A stretch of 64,000 nucleotides of DNA from Acanthaster planci (lineage: Eukaryota): assembly GCF_001949145.1 (NCBI RefSeq), contig NW_019091360.1:1547599-1611598 (forward strand). The letters run 5' to 3'. How positions within the stretch are numbered: position 1 is the first letter of the stretch; the number at the start of each line of letters is the position of its first letter. The position numbers were made by a program, and so were the translations under genes. Under the pieces are notes generated by a model that was not told where the DNA came from, made no database searches, and saw only the letters and a program-made list of their open reading frames with translations. Of this stretch, positions 13,319-27,400 are shown piece by piece.

Positions 13319-13513
13319 CTGTGGAATCGTTCCAATTCGGGAGTTCATTTTACATGGCCTGACCCACCAACGTTGCCATGGCACATGCACATCAGCATCG
13401 GGAGGAACAGAAAATGCACTTTCATCGAGCAACAGACCACTTATGACTTTTGAAAAAATTAGAAATGAATCCTCTGTATGTAAAGTACAGGCTCCTTGTG
13501 AACAGTTGTGACA

Positions 13514-13519
13514 AATAAA
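13514..13519 (+). terminator. RPS26 polyadenylation signal
   Basis: AATAAA about 195 nt after the stop, followed by a GT/T-rich tract. Confidence 0.65.
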
Positions 13520-15308
13520 TGCCATCAAGAGGCTAAATTAGACAGATATGCTACTTGTGGTTTCTTATGTCTTGAGTTTATTGAATTATGGAGCTGTTAA
13601 ACACAAGGAGTAAGAACGAACTCCCCACAGACCTTAATCCGATTAACTGCTCCGGTCGGCTCCACCGGCAAGGCGCGGTTAATACCGGCCCCGGTGTTGA
13701 AGACCCTAGACATTCTTTGTACACACTGATCGCCACCGCCAGGTAGCTGGTAATCCACACACTCGCTGTGCTTCGCTGCGGCATACTGGAGTAAATAAAT
13801 GGTTGAAAAGATGCACGGAGAGGATGCGCGGTTCTCTTCAGTAGTCCTTGGGGGTCAGCGAGTGATCTTCGCCGATGCACTCGAAAATTCCAAATCAGCG
13901 GTGGTTATTTGACAAACGTCGGACGTTTTTAAAGTCAGTTATGACATTTTGCATTTCTGGCGGTAGAGCACAAGTACCCAAAATATGAGCTGCGATATTT
14001 ATGTCATAAGTCGCAATCCTAATGGTTCCTACGGTTAAAAGAAGGTGGAAACATCTTTGGACAGAAGCATCTTCAGAATTCGTTGATTAACTCAGCAAAA
14101 ATTGAGAGAAGGAAACGAAAGATGGGGAAATAAACCTGCATTTGATGTGTGCTTTAAGCAACTGCGAAACTTGTATTTTTCCTGATTTTTTTAAAGTTGG
14201 GGTACGGTATTCATGATTGACTTGTCGATGGACTGCAACCTTATAGCATAATTTCATTACGACCCTTGCCACTTCGTGGCGACATTCATCAACAATTTCA
14301 GCGATTTAAAACAAAACAAAACAGCGCGAAGCAAAAGAGGCGTGTCTGCTTGGTCGTACCGGCGTGCTTTCTCTTCGAGTTCCTTGTCAAACCTTGTAAC
14401 AACAGGTAAGGTAAACCAATATGACATATTTTAGAAGTAAAACGTCCAATTTTTTTTTAAACATCCAACGCATTTAAGTTGAGGAACCGTTTAAGATTTA
14501 TTTGTTTTAAATATAGACTGCACACGTCCTGAGATGGAAGTTGCTTTTTAGGACGTGGGGAATTTATTTTCTTTACTTTGTTATCACGTTTTTTTATCCT
14601 CTATTTCAGCCATTTGGCGGGCTCTAAACGTTGACGTTTCTTACATTATCAAATGAAAAACGGAACTATTATTTTGTACTTCCAAACCTTCCACATTTTA
14701 AAACGAAAACTAAATGATTGTCATCTTTGCTTTCAAAATGAAAACCGAAAATACACTTGTCTGTCGTTCTTCCGTTTTGTTTTCAAATGGACGATGAGAA
14801 GGCTTTTGTGTCTATTTCCCTTTTTCCGACTGAAAGACTGCTTGCCCTTTTTATGAAAAAGATTTGTTTTTTGATGTTTAGTTTTCGTTTTTAAATCGAA
14901 AGAAAGAAACGTATACACGGACCACGATCGCTGGTTATAGTCCGCCCCCTCTGTTTATATAAGAGGGATCAGAGTTTCCCTTAAGTTGATAACTTATGGT
15001 ATCGCCATTGTTTCTCTCGACAACCAGCCCACCCCCCACCCACTCGCCTGTGTGGCGTGACGCGTGGGCGCTGCGCAACGAGCGAATACCAGTACATTGT
15101 ACAACATTACTGATTTTACGAACGTGGGCACCAGCCGTTCACCTATCAGATTTAGCGCAACTTTTGCGTGGGCGGCATTTAATAAAATGTTCCACCAGTG
15201 ACACAATTTTTAGTAGACCTAGCTGAACGTACGATCTTGAGGTTGGTGTTTCTGAAACCTTGTAGTGGTACTGTTGAACTACTTATGTTGACCGGTTTTG
15301 GCGACGCA

Positions 15309-15402
15309 ATGACAACAACCTACTCTTTTATATTTCTGCTTCTGTGTGGACTGGGGATGGGAGGGGCTGCTGGACAGGCGACTGGGATAAATCACAAAAG
15401 AG
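15309..15402 (+). CDS. EGFR-like gene 1 exon 1 (signal peptide)
   Basis: MTTTYSFIFLLLCGLGMGGAAGQATGINHKR, G|gtaagt donor, phase 1. Confidence 0.85.
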
Positions 15403-18400
15403 GTAAGTCTGTCGTCTGACAGATTTTTGAGTTGGCCTAACTCACAGTGCCGTTTCAGACGCTACTTTAAAGTTTTACTGTAATTAGTTGTTCTGTTCTA
15501 TAGTTCTCACTCATTCTTTGTTGACAAATGTTGAGTTAAAAAAATTGGATAAAAAAGTCTTGAAATGTTCTCCAGAAATGCATCTACGACCTTCGTTTCC
15601 TCGTATTGCCACAAATTTCAAACTCAATTTTGCTGCTGACGGGTATTTGTACCTTCTGATAACACATACAGTTGAAAAGTCTATTATTCCCTATAGGGCT
15701 TTTTAATGGCATGTCATTAAGTTAATATAATGACAATGTCTTTATTCAAAGTGCAAGATAAACCCCATGCCAACTTTTGTGTGAAGTGTAGCTGCTGGGT
15801 TTTTTAGACACTTTTTTTTCTACAACAACTTTGTACTCCTCCTCAATCTGTGAAAACTGTTTTACATTCATATTTGTTTAGGTTACATGCATTGAAAAGT
15901 GCACTTCTTAAAAACTTTGAGCTCTCCATTCTTTCTTGGTTAACTGAGGGCACTGTTGCTGTGATGGTATCTAGGATAGACAGAGTGCAGTGCATGCATT
16001 TCTTTTTTCTGTTCAACTTGTGAAGCCAGAAAATTTACGTACTGGAATGTTGGGGACATTTCTGAGAACGGAATTGACGCTTGCCTATTGCTATGCATAT
16101 AAACAACAGGGAATTGGCAAAGAAGACAGCATTTAGTCCAGCACAGCTGTGCACAGTCTACCAAATGCAGCACTTTTTGGTTTACAAACATTGGAGCTTT
16201 CCTCCTAGGATGACATCACAGTTTTGCTTTTAAAACACACAAAAAGTGGAAAACTCATTAGCATAAAACAAAAAAGGCAATAACATACCCTTTAAAATAG
16301 TGAAACAAAAGTTGAAAATGAGGTTATGCAAAGATGCACAAGTTGCATCTAATTTTCATTTCGAAACTTTTCCTTGAAAAAGCTGAATTTTCAAGGATTT
16401 CACCCAAATCCTTGAAAATGTACCTTTTGTGTTTGTTTTGCTATTTTTATAAGTATTCTTTGAAGACTTCCATTTCCTTTGGCAAATTATTTTTTGAAAG
16501 TATATGGCAGTAAGCCAGCAAGCAACCTTTTCTCAGAGATGTTTTCAAAAAGCAAATTTGAAGTTCAAAATTTGAACAGCATCGTCCTTGATTTACATTC
16601 CACTAATTAACAGTGCCTGCACTTGTCTAAAGCTTGGTCAATTTTGAATGTTGGAAAAAGTGCACTGTGCAGCTCACTCAACTACAAAATGATGTCAAAC
16701 AGTTTTCATGCATTGGATCAAAGTTTAAACATGCAATAAAATGTTATTCTGGGAAAAAATTCATTGCACTGATCCTCAAATGATCATCAAGTAATTCCTA
16801 CATTTCTTGAAGTGTATGTTTGGAAGTTCATACGTGTAGTAGGCACTCGTTCATGGGTGAAAATCTCTCATCGATCGTGGGGGGACATCAAGTTACACTT
16901 TTTTTGTGCCCACGGTGTTTAATATCTTATTCCAACTGGAAAATCCTCGATCCATCAATTCCTTTAGTATTTGTTTTACTTAAAACAGGGAGGGGACATT
17001 CGACACTGAGTCCCCCATACCAAATTCATTAGGGGAGTGTCCCCCGTTCCCCCCCCCCCGAGATTTCCACCAATGCACTTGTTTACTGTTGAAAGACAAT
17101 AGTTACACCTTGGTCTGTCCATTAGTCTTGTTGAGAGCAGCATTTGGAATGACAGACTCTTCCAAAGGTGCTACAAACAATTAAAGTCAGAAGGCTGGGC
17201 TGAGGTGTGGTTCTGCTGTCTTTGTTTTCTCAGTGAGGAATTTTTATGGATGAAAATACTTGGACCATCATTTTTAGAAAAGAAAAAAAAAAATCCTGTC
17301 CCCCAAACCCAAATGTAACATCCTCCTCACAGCTTCTGTCTCAATAAGTAAACCACGTACAAAATGAAAATCAGGTGGAATCTTTCGGAGTTTGAACTTG
17401 ACAAGTAAGTTGCTTTCCAAAGAGTCTTGATACAAGCAGTGGTTTGTTGGAGCGATCTGTTCCTCACATGCAGTGAAATGTAGAGGGCTGTTTAAAGTTC
17501 ACAAAATGTGCATTTTCTTCCCAAATATTACATACATGAACATGTCGAAGGTTGCATTCCTGGTGCATTCTACGTGTAAACAACTCAAAAGAAATTCCCC
17601 ATGCCTTGAATTTGTATCTCTCAAGTGTCAAAAGCAGTATTATTGTACTAGTGTAAAGTGTTCACACTGTGAGATTCACAGGCCGAGATGAAACAATGTG
17701 GCCTTTGCACCATCACGTGACCAGCTCCAGAGAGATACAGTATAAGTTACGCTATGCATTTGGATTGCAGTGACCCCCTTGAAAGTTCAGAGGGTGACAT
17801 CTCTTGGAATTTCATGTTTTGCTTGTTGACAGAAATAACAGTTTCGATCTCCAACATTTCAGGTTTTAAAGTTCAAAAGGAACATGTTTGTTGCTAGGAA
17901 GGTTTAAGATGAGTCCTCCAAGCCAAAATCTACATGACACTCAAGTTTTAAAGCCTGTTTTCTCTTATGTTTTTCACAGAACTAAATAAATAAATTAATG
18001 TAAAAAATATCTTTCCCGAACAGAATCTGCTGAGCTCTTCCATATGCCAATTGCAAGCTTATCCTGTGGGTTTTTCAGTCACACATATTTCTAGCTCATT
18101 TAAAAACTTTTTACAACATATTTATACTATATACATTTCTTCAGAGTACATATCCAAACAGTCCAACTGAAATAATGTATGATATTGTATACTCATGGAC
18201 TTGTTTAACAGACTACGTATACAGAAAACAAGGAATAAAGCCCCTGTATTCAGGTTTTCGTTAAAACAAATTGAAAGAGAACATTTTCTTGAAGTAAAGA
18301 GGGGAGGGGTGGTGCTAGGTGGGCGGGGGCCGATGTGAATCAAAATTTCGTATGATTCGCGATACAAAGGTCTCAGCCCATATTGATGACAGATTGTCCA

Positions 18401-21400
18401 GTTGACCCTTCTGTCTACATCACTGTATTTTTAGGCTTGCAGTGGCTGGTAACCTGTAGCTGCCCTTTAGGAAAAAAGCAAAGTAATCATCCACAAAAAA
18501 CAATGATACAGACTGTCACAAAACTGTTCTTACAGATATCCTACCAAGCTTGCCAGCAAACTTATCCATGCAAGCTTGTAGGCAAGCTTTCAGGGTACAC
18601 ACACTGTAAATTAGGGCAAGCCTGCAGGCTGTGAGTGCATAGTCAAGCTTGCAAGCCAGCTGGATGGCACAGTTGTTGGCACCCTGCAAACAGGGGCAAA
18701 CTCTTGCCTAACCTGCCTCATGGTGACACGTTTGGACAAGCTTATATGCCATGTCTTGATCAAGACCTTTGTGTTCCTCCTATTCAGAGACTCAGAGGCT
18801 GCTGTGTGGACAATTCAAGCTCATTCACCCCCTCCCCTTTTGTTTTTGTTTTTTTCTTCACCTCTGTGTAGTTTGCATTGGAAATGCTGGGAGCACATTC
18901 TTGGACAGTGACTTTACCTACCAGTCACTGAAGGAACGGTTTGAAGGTATGCTGATGCCCAGTTATCCCTGGATCCAATTTATGACACTCTGAAATGCAA
19001 GAGAGCCTATTAACTAGTTTGCTGTTATACAAATAATTATGAATGTTTACAAGTGCAGTCATTTAAATCATTTCACAAGATGACAAATTATGTGTTCTGT
19101 TCTATGAGGAGAAGCCGAGTGGATTAGAGCACCCACGCAGTCTGACGTTATTCTCTCTATTGCAAATGTGAAACACCTGTTACGTGTTTTGTACTATGCC
19201 TGAATAAACCAAGGCTAGACTTTATGTCACCGTTTCACTTTTCTGGTCTGAAGTAAAATGCAACCCAAAGTTTGTATGTTTTGCCTTGATCAGTTCATGC
19301 ATAAACTGATGATTCCGTTAGTCTTCTAATGGAGAAATATAACTCTATCACTTACAAGTTTAGATATTTCCTGAAGTGACAGAAGAAAAAATGTCACCAG
19401 TATTCCGTGTTTATCAGCATTACCCCAAATTTTGTGTATTTGTGTCAAGAGCTGGCTCACCTCACCCATTAGGCGGGCTCTGGTATCAGTCAGCCAGTGA
19501 CAGATTACTGATCAAGATTCGGATCTGCGTGAAACAAACAGTCCTATACGTTCTGTGGGAGAAGAGCCTTGACTGTGTGCCCAGAGAAATGGTATAATTC
19601 ACAGTAAAACCCCCATTGTTGCACTGTGGATTCTCCTAAATAATGTATGTCACATGATCTACGGTTTGTGAGGTCCCTTTGGTGTCACTTTATCTTTGTG
19701 ATGCATGTTTCACAAGGAGGCACATGTCTTTCAGTAAGTTGCCGAAGCAAGATAATAAGTTGCCAAAGCAAGATGATAAGTTGCCAAGGCAAGATAATAT
19801 TGTCAACAGGTATGATGACCCCCACAGCACTTGCCGTCAGGACACGGTGAGTTAAGGATCTATTTTTTTGCCGTTTGTACCGTTTATATCTAATCCTGTT
19901 TTACAGATACATGTGCATGTGTGTACAGTAGTGTAACTAGGTGTAAACATTCAGGGGCATCCAGTGCTGCCAAAAAAAGTCTAAAGGGGGGCACGAACTG
20001 CTCTCTCAATTCCAAAGAGTGAAAACTCAATCTTTTCGAGTGAAAATTCACTCCCGCAGTCGGAAACTAGGGACAAGACGTTTTAGAGTGAAATTTCTTC
20101 AATCGAAAAGATCGAATTTTTCACTCGAGCTCCGACTGAGGTGATTATTTTGTCAGAGTATTTCAATCAATATTTCAATCAAAATTGAAAGTGATTTTCA
20201 CTCTAAATTGTCTTGTCCCAAGTTTCACTCTTTCGCATTTAGAGAGTGGTCTTCTGGGAAAACATAGATACTCAACTCACCGTGCGAGATGTCCTGACTG
20301 TGGCAAGTACCATTATACTTTTAACCGATATTTTGTCTTGCTGTTTTCTTGCTTTGGTAAGTTATCTAGCTTTGACAAGTTACTGAAAGACATATGCCTC
20401 CTTGTGAAACACACATCACAAAGGGAAAGTGACACCGATGAGACTTCACAATAGTGCGCCTCCAAGAGTTTGCAATATGTTGGCCAATCATAACGCGCGA
20501 AATTTGTCGACCCTTTCCAAATGCGCATTGGGTCAACAAATTTTGCGCATCGTGATTGGCCAACACGTTGCAAACTCTTGGTGGCGCACTATTGTGAAAT
20601 GGCCGTATTGCCCAGTGTTTTGCAGTGTTTATATTGCCATGCAGGTTCAGAAAATATCCAGAAATTTGGTGATTGTAACTTGTTCACCTGTAAGCTTGCT
20701 GTGTTTTTTTTGGGGGGGAGGGGGAATTGGAAGGTCAGTTGAAGGTAGACAGTGTTTTTGTATGTCATCTGACTGCTATTAAATCCTCTCCGATGTATAA
20801 CATTAATATAGGGGGATGTAAACGTTAGGTACCAGGTGAATTGCCTAATTGTTGTGCAGAAAGATAAAAATGCTGGGTAAAAAAGTGGTTCTAAAAATAA
20901 CATTTTCTACCAGCGTGGTTGGGCATTCTGTTTGCCCAACAGTTCAGCGATTCACCTAACGCTGGATAAAAAATTGCCATTGGCAGCATTTTTACAGTGT
21001 ATGCCAAGCAGGTATTTGACACAGAATCAGTAAAAGGAGAAACAGGATTCATGAGAGACTTTCTACCGGGGGAAGTTTTCCTTCTGTATCTGTTGGGCAG
21101 GCTGCACCCATGTAGAAGGCAATCTGGAGATGAAGTTTATCCGCCAGTCACACTACAACATGTCCTTCCTGAACGACATCCAGGAGGTGACGGGCTACAT
21201 ACTGATCCTGCTGTACTACCCGGCGGTCCTCTCCTTCCCCAACCTGCGCGTCATCCAAGGTTCCACACTGTACAACGGCAACCAGGCGCTGTATGTGGCC
21301 ACCAACTACCATGCCCGGCTCCCCGAGATGGGGCTGCGGGAGCTTCACTTACCTAAGCTACATGGTGAGTAAGAAGGTTTGCGGTGTGACTTGAGAGCCC

Positions 21401-24400
21401 GTCCATGTCACAATGCACAGACAAATGACAGCTCCTAAACTGTTTTAGAAGACATAATTCTGAAATGACAGTCTCAGAAGTTGTGAAGTTTAATCTTGCT
21501 CCTTCCTCCAAAATGCATTGGCATAGAACAAAAGGGCCCATTAATCAATAAACTGATTGTGCCCGCTAACGGTCACGTGACCTGTAGTGGGTATTTAAGT
21601 GTGTTTTAAGTGTTGTTTACCAAAACGTAAAGCTGAATTTCTGTGAATTACTCAGCACACCAGCAATCTTGGTACTCTATTGACTGTTAGCTTTTTTTGG
21701 GCAAATGACACTTGTGACAGACTTTGCTATGGGGGGCACACCATATTTGTGATACCCACTATAGGTCGCATGACACACATGTAGCAGGTGCAGTTGGTCT
21801 GTTCTGCAAGATCATGCAGCCACCAAACTTACACTCCGATTGACTGTATGTATGGATTTAGGGAGCATGGCCACATTTGCTTCTTGTCTTGCAGAGATCG
21901 TTCAAGGAGAGGTTACGTTTGTGGACAATCGTGACCTCTGCTACATCCAAACCATTGATTGGGGTGACATGCGTGAAGGTCTGGTTCCTTGGTTCGACGA
22001 ATACGGCACATCATGCACCGAAGGTGACGCCCTACTCAAACTATTCATAGTGATAGAGGTAGTCCTAATTTGCCAATAAATTTCCGGTGAACAATTTCTA
22101 CTACTTCCGCCTCCCCCAGTGGCATATTGGGAGGGGGGGGTTAGGAATTGAAAGCTAGTAGCACTTTAGAAATGGCACTTCTGTCTTTCTCAGGGATAGG
22201 GGTATAGTAAAAATTTGGACAGTCTTTTTCAGAGCAAATTCTCTCTCAAGTTGTCTCTTCCAGTCATGATATCATTTCAGTATTTAATTTACTATGTTTT
22301 TCTAGTTTTTTTGGACAATGCATCAGGGCATGGCCATGCATGACGGCAAGTCCGTCGTCGTTGCCCTTACTGGCTGAGGTGATTTCTTTTCCAGATAAGA
22401 TCTTCACCCAATATTGCCGGGCACCCAGTATAAGGTATAAGACATTTTACGTTCAGTGTCCTTGCCAGATACTTGGCCTTTATCATGCCCTTATACCCTT
22501 GGCCATGGTGCCCTCTATAACTTTGCATCATTTGCGGCCATTATTTGTGACCTTCACCTAAAAATTACCTCTTTAAGGCCTGACTGCATGGGTGAATTTC
22601 ATTGTGAACTGTATCTCTCTGGATAATTTGTTTATAGGAAGAGTCTTGAATGTTCCAAAAAACACATTTGTCGGGATATTTCCTGATTTCAGGATTTTTC
22701 AAGCAATCTCTTTTAGTGATCAGGAAATCGTGGAGTTAGCTTGGTGGTGTTTTTACACATGAGTTCAGTTGATATAGATCCTAAGAAATGGGCATTTCAA
22801 GGGATATGCCTTTACTAATTCCTGGTGCCCCCCCCTAAAAAATGGATGAATGGATATTGAACAAAACTAACAAAAGTTTGCCTCCCAAAAAAACCACACC
22901 CCTAAAAGCTGGTCCCCCCATGAGATGCTTGTGCCCTTCCCCCCCCTACTAGTCGAATCCTAGCTATGCCATTGTGCCTTTATACACAAGCATAGACCCT
23001 ACACTGCTGTGGGGCCATATTTCATTTTCCTCCAATCTCGCCCCCTGGTGGTTAACCACAGTATCATGACATAGACTACCGTGTACATTCTGCTCCCTGA
23101 CTACTTTGCCATACAACCGGCAAAAGTACCCAACTTGGGGTACCAGGTGAATTGCTTAACAGTTGGGCAAAATGAGAATAACACTTGGTAAATAGTAATA
23201 GTACAGATGAGACAAGTTTGCCCACTTATCAGGAGAGAATCAAGGTGGTTGGGTTATCCGGTTGCCCGATGAACAGTTAGGCGATGCACCCTGGTACCCA
23301 ACGTTGGGCAAAACTGCCCAGGGGACAGTGTACATAGAACTGCATGTGAGAGCGTGAGTGTGTACGTTATTGATGGTTCTAGCGAGATAATTCAGATGTA
23401 CCAAATCAATAAATAATAATTATAGTAATAATTCAGGTTTATATTGCCCCACACGTATCCACCCCTCTAGGTGCTCAAGGCGCATCATTATCCTTGCACA
23501 TTGGGCTCACAATAACTGAACAGTCCTGAAACCATCTTAGCTCCCTGGGGAGTACACTAGCTGATGCTCCCATATCAATATCAAGCGCACACGGCTAAAC
23601 TAAATCTGCCCTCACAGGTACCCATGTTTTCCTTGGTGGAGAGAGGCACATGGGGGGGATAAAGTGACTTGCCCAAGATTGAAACATGCTGCTGCACCAA
23701 CTGGATTCGAACCTCCGACCCTATGATCAGAAACTACAAACTGTAACTGCTAGGCCACATGCCCCCACAAAGGCAAAGGTTTGTGTCAAAATTTGCACGG
23801 AATGCCAAGAGTACTTTTAAGGAAGTATTGAATATAGGAATATCAAATAAAATAATAAGACGGGGAAATATCATTTATGTGTTTGCAACATTGAATTCTG
23901 TGAGTGCATTTCAAGGGGGCGTGAGGTCCCTCAGAAATTAATGTTGGTGGTCAAAATTGTGTGGTCATGTGGTACTCTGATACGGTTTAATCATAATAGT
24001 TAATACTGTATGGTACATGTCTTTGTTTTGTGATCTGTATGCACATAACATGCGCTATGAATGATTACCACAGGAAAAGTGATATATCTCTGTGACCAGT
24101 AATGGTACCTATGAGACGATAAAGTTGTACAACTTTTGTCATTTCTCCTTGACACCTTGCAGAGCATGTTTGTGCTCCAAACTGTCCAGGTGGATGTTGG
24201 GGAAGTGGGCCTGATATGTGCCAAGTGTGTAAGTAAAAAAAAAGAAGACACAACCATGTTAACCTAGGACGTGCCGGAGATGTTGGAGGAAAAGCCCAAA
24301 TATGCATGTTATCTGTACTTGTCTCCCCAAATTAACCCAAGGCCCCTCTTTTTATGGTTAAATAGAAATTACCTCGCATATCATCCCTTCCACAGCTGGT

Positions 24401-27400
24401 CATTTGAGTATTGGTACTGAAGATGTGCACAGCCATGGTAGCTTGCCAGAAACATTAACATACCAAAGGGATATATCGCAGCCCCTTAAAGCAACAACTA
24501 ACATGTTTACATGTACACTTTTCTATGAAGTTTCCTTCAGTTTCCTTCACTGGGTTTTAACAGAAAAGAACATGTACATGTACGTAAATAAAAAGTGAGG
24601 TCATCAGCACATGTAGCCGATACACAGTGCTTAAGTAGCACCATTTTCTTTATTTTTTCTTTCTGCGTCAGTAACTCGTAAAAACTGCAGTGAGATATGT
24701 GACTACCGCTGCCGGGGACCGACGCAGGCAGACTGCTGTCACCGAAGCTGTGCTGCCGGCTGCACTGGACCAAGTAACAAAGAATGCCTCGTAAGAAGTT
24801 GGAAAGCTAAATCTAGATTCATAGTTTCCATGCGGTCATAGTGATCACTGACAGCAAGCAAGATATCAAGACTGTCACGGAAGAGACAGTGTCTGAAATC
24901 ACATTCAACAAGAAAGCAGAAAAAGGTGTCCCAAAAAAACTCTGGAAACATCCCTGTGAGATGCCTGTTTTGTGAAAGCTTCATCTTGTACTTCAGTTTA
25001 ACGTGTTTCCTTCATGGTCATTTTGTTGACGATTGGCTTTGCAGGCACATTTTAGAAGGGAAAAATGGGCCAAATATGCAGTACTAAAGTGAGAGGGACA
25101 GGGGTGCACATCCCTTATGCCAGTGCATGTGTTTGTGGGGGGCCTGCTCTGACAACACGATGAAGACACCCGGCAAAGTCGAACGTATCCAACTTTGCCA
25201 ACTAGTCTACATCTGTGTTTGCATCATTTGCAATTAAACGATTGTGAGTGAGTCTCATCCAGGACTAATTGGGGACGCTTGGCTGTATGTCTTTTTCCTT
25301 TCAACAATTCGTCATGGGAACTATAAGCTTTAAACCTCTTGACTTTAAATGGAGGGTTCATAATGCTTGCCCATCAAGACTGGCTCAGACCGTGCATATT
25401 CAACTTTCACCAGACCAGGCATGATTTAGCTCTTTCCATTTCCTGCTCACCAGGCATGTCTCAAGTTCACCATGGACGACCAGTGCATTGAGGCATGTCC
25501 GCCCCGTACCGTATACCAACCGGATACGTTCCAGAACAAACCCAACCCGGACTTCCGATATGCATACGGCAAGACTTGTCTGACCAAATGCCCTGGTAAG
25601 AATGATGTCGTCAGCACCACTCCCCAATCTGGCAAGGTTGTGACCCCTTCAGAATCTTTGTACTTAACTTTTGCACGTAGTTCAGTAGTTTGTACACATT
25701 TGGAACGTTTTCATTTCGTTCTGTCAAACTTAGGACCGCTGATGTTGTGCAGCACCAAAGTTTATTAGCCCGAAGAAACCTTTTGGAGTTCAGAAAAATG
25801 AACTCAATAGAAGTTAAATTAAGGAGTAACCCTTATTAAGCAAAAAGTTACCAAACTTTAAGTGGTTTCGCGATGAGAATTTTACTTGTAAACGTGCTTT
25901 TCTGCATTTTTCGTCAAAAACCAATATGTGACATCCCTCTTCTTGGTGGCTGTTTTTGAAGAGTGTGGAAAGGCATTCCTGCCACACACACAAAAAGTTT
26001 TCACATGCCCACATGATTGTTTTCACATACATGTGTGATAGTTTCATATATATATATGTGATATTTTCACATACGTTTGTGATAGTTTCACTTACGTATG
26101 GAATAGTTTCATACGTGTACTTTATACATATGTGTTAGTATACAAATATAACATAGTTTGAGGTTTGACGGTTGATGTTAGTTCCCCAAGGTATTGGGAG
26201 ATGACAAACTTCGCTTCGGGAACTAGTGAAGCTGAGGGATGGAACTATAGTTTGTCAACTCCCAAAACCAAGGGGAGCTAACATCAACTATATCCAACCT
26301 CAATAAACCATGTTATGTTTGTTTCACTGTACCTCATACATATTTTATTGAATAACCTCTGAAAATAAAAACAACGTTTGCCGCCATCTTTTCATATGAG
26401 CTGCATACTGTTGCTGGGCTGGTGCCACCACGAGTGCGCAGTACACCCCGGGCGACAGTTTCTGGATTGTCTGCTACTGCGCATACATTTTTAGCTGTCA
26501 CCCAGCTGGGTATAAGCCAGGCGACAGTTAAAAATGCATGTGTATTTACTCTTTGCGTGAACGATCGCGTGTGCGCTATGCAAACAGCAAAAATAGCGGC
26601 TGGCGCGTGACTGTGATGACAAGAACGAGAGTTTGGCGATCCATCATGAATATGTATGAGGCAATTTCCACTTGTATAAGTGTTGACACAAGCAACTTCC
26701 ATTTTCAGGAAAATTACAAGCTGCCCAATTTCACAGTGCTGCATATTGTTAAACATATTACTTGACAAATTTACTGAACAGTAAGCGTATATTATGGCAA
26801 ACATAGTATTACATTCCTGCAAACTGTTCCCCTCTATGCGCTTGTAGATGATACAACGTACACAGTATTTCTATTACGCACCACGCAGTCAGCTCATAGC
26901 AAGTGCATAATGACCATCCACATTACAGGCATTGTACACAGCGCATTGTAAAATATACCACGCACGAGGCAGCCAGTTGTACGACGCTGCGACATGCCCT
27001 TGAACCACTAACAGCTTCGTGGCACATTTCCAACCAAGTCATTTTCCCCCAAATCTTTCTCGGAGTCAATCCTACTTTCTGTCACACATACGGCCTGTAC
27101 ATTCATCAGCCCACACAGACCCCCACTTCATAGGATACGTGTCCTGCCAAACCTGTGTCCGGTCACAGTACAGCATGGGCGCAAATAGAGATTTCCATTA
27201 TGTTACTAAGTTAAGCAAATCTTTCCTGCGAGGCCAGCATGCCTTTTGCTGTGCTTACTGTTTACGGTCTCCATGAAATACACCGAGCCTCTGTCAGAAA
27301 ATCATGTGCTTAGCCGCGTCATGAAATTGGGCCAGTTTGGAAAATAAGTTGAAGCAGAACCATATAAATAGGGCTAGACTTATCATTCCAGTTGAGGTTG

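Noticed and set aside
13578..13880. ORF with GPCR-like fragments (HPLRA, TASVWIT)
   Set aside because: Motifs are in the wrong order and there is no DRY/ERY motif; probably chance.
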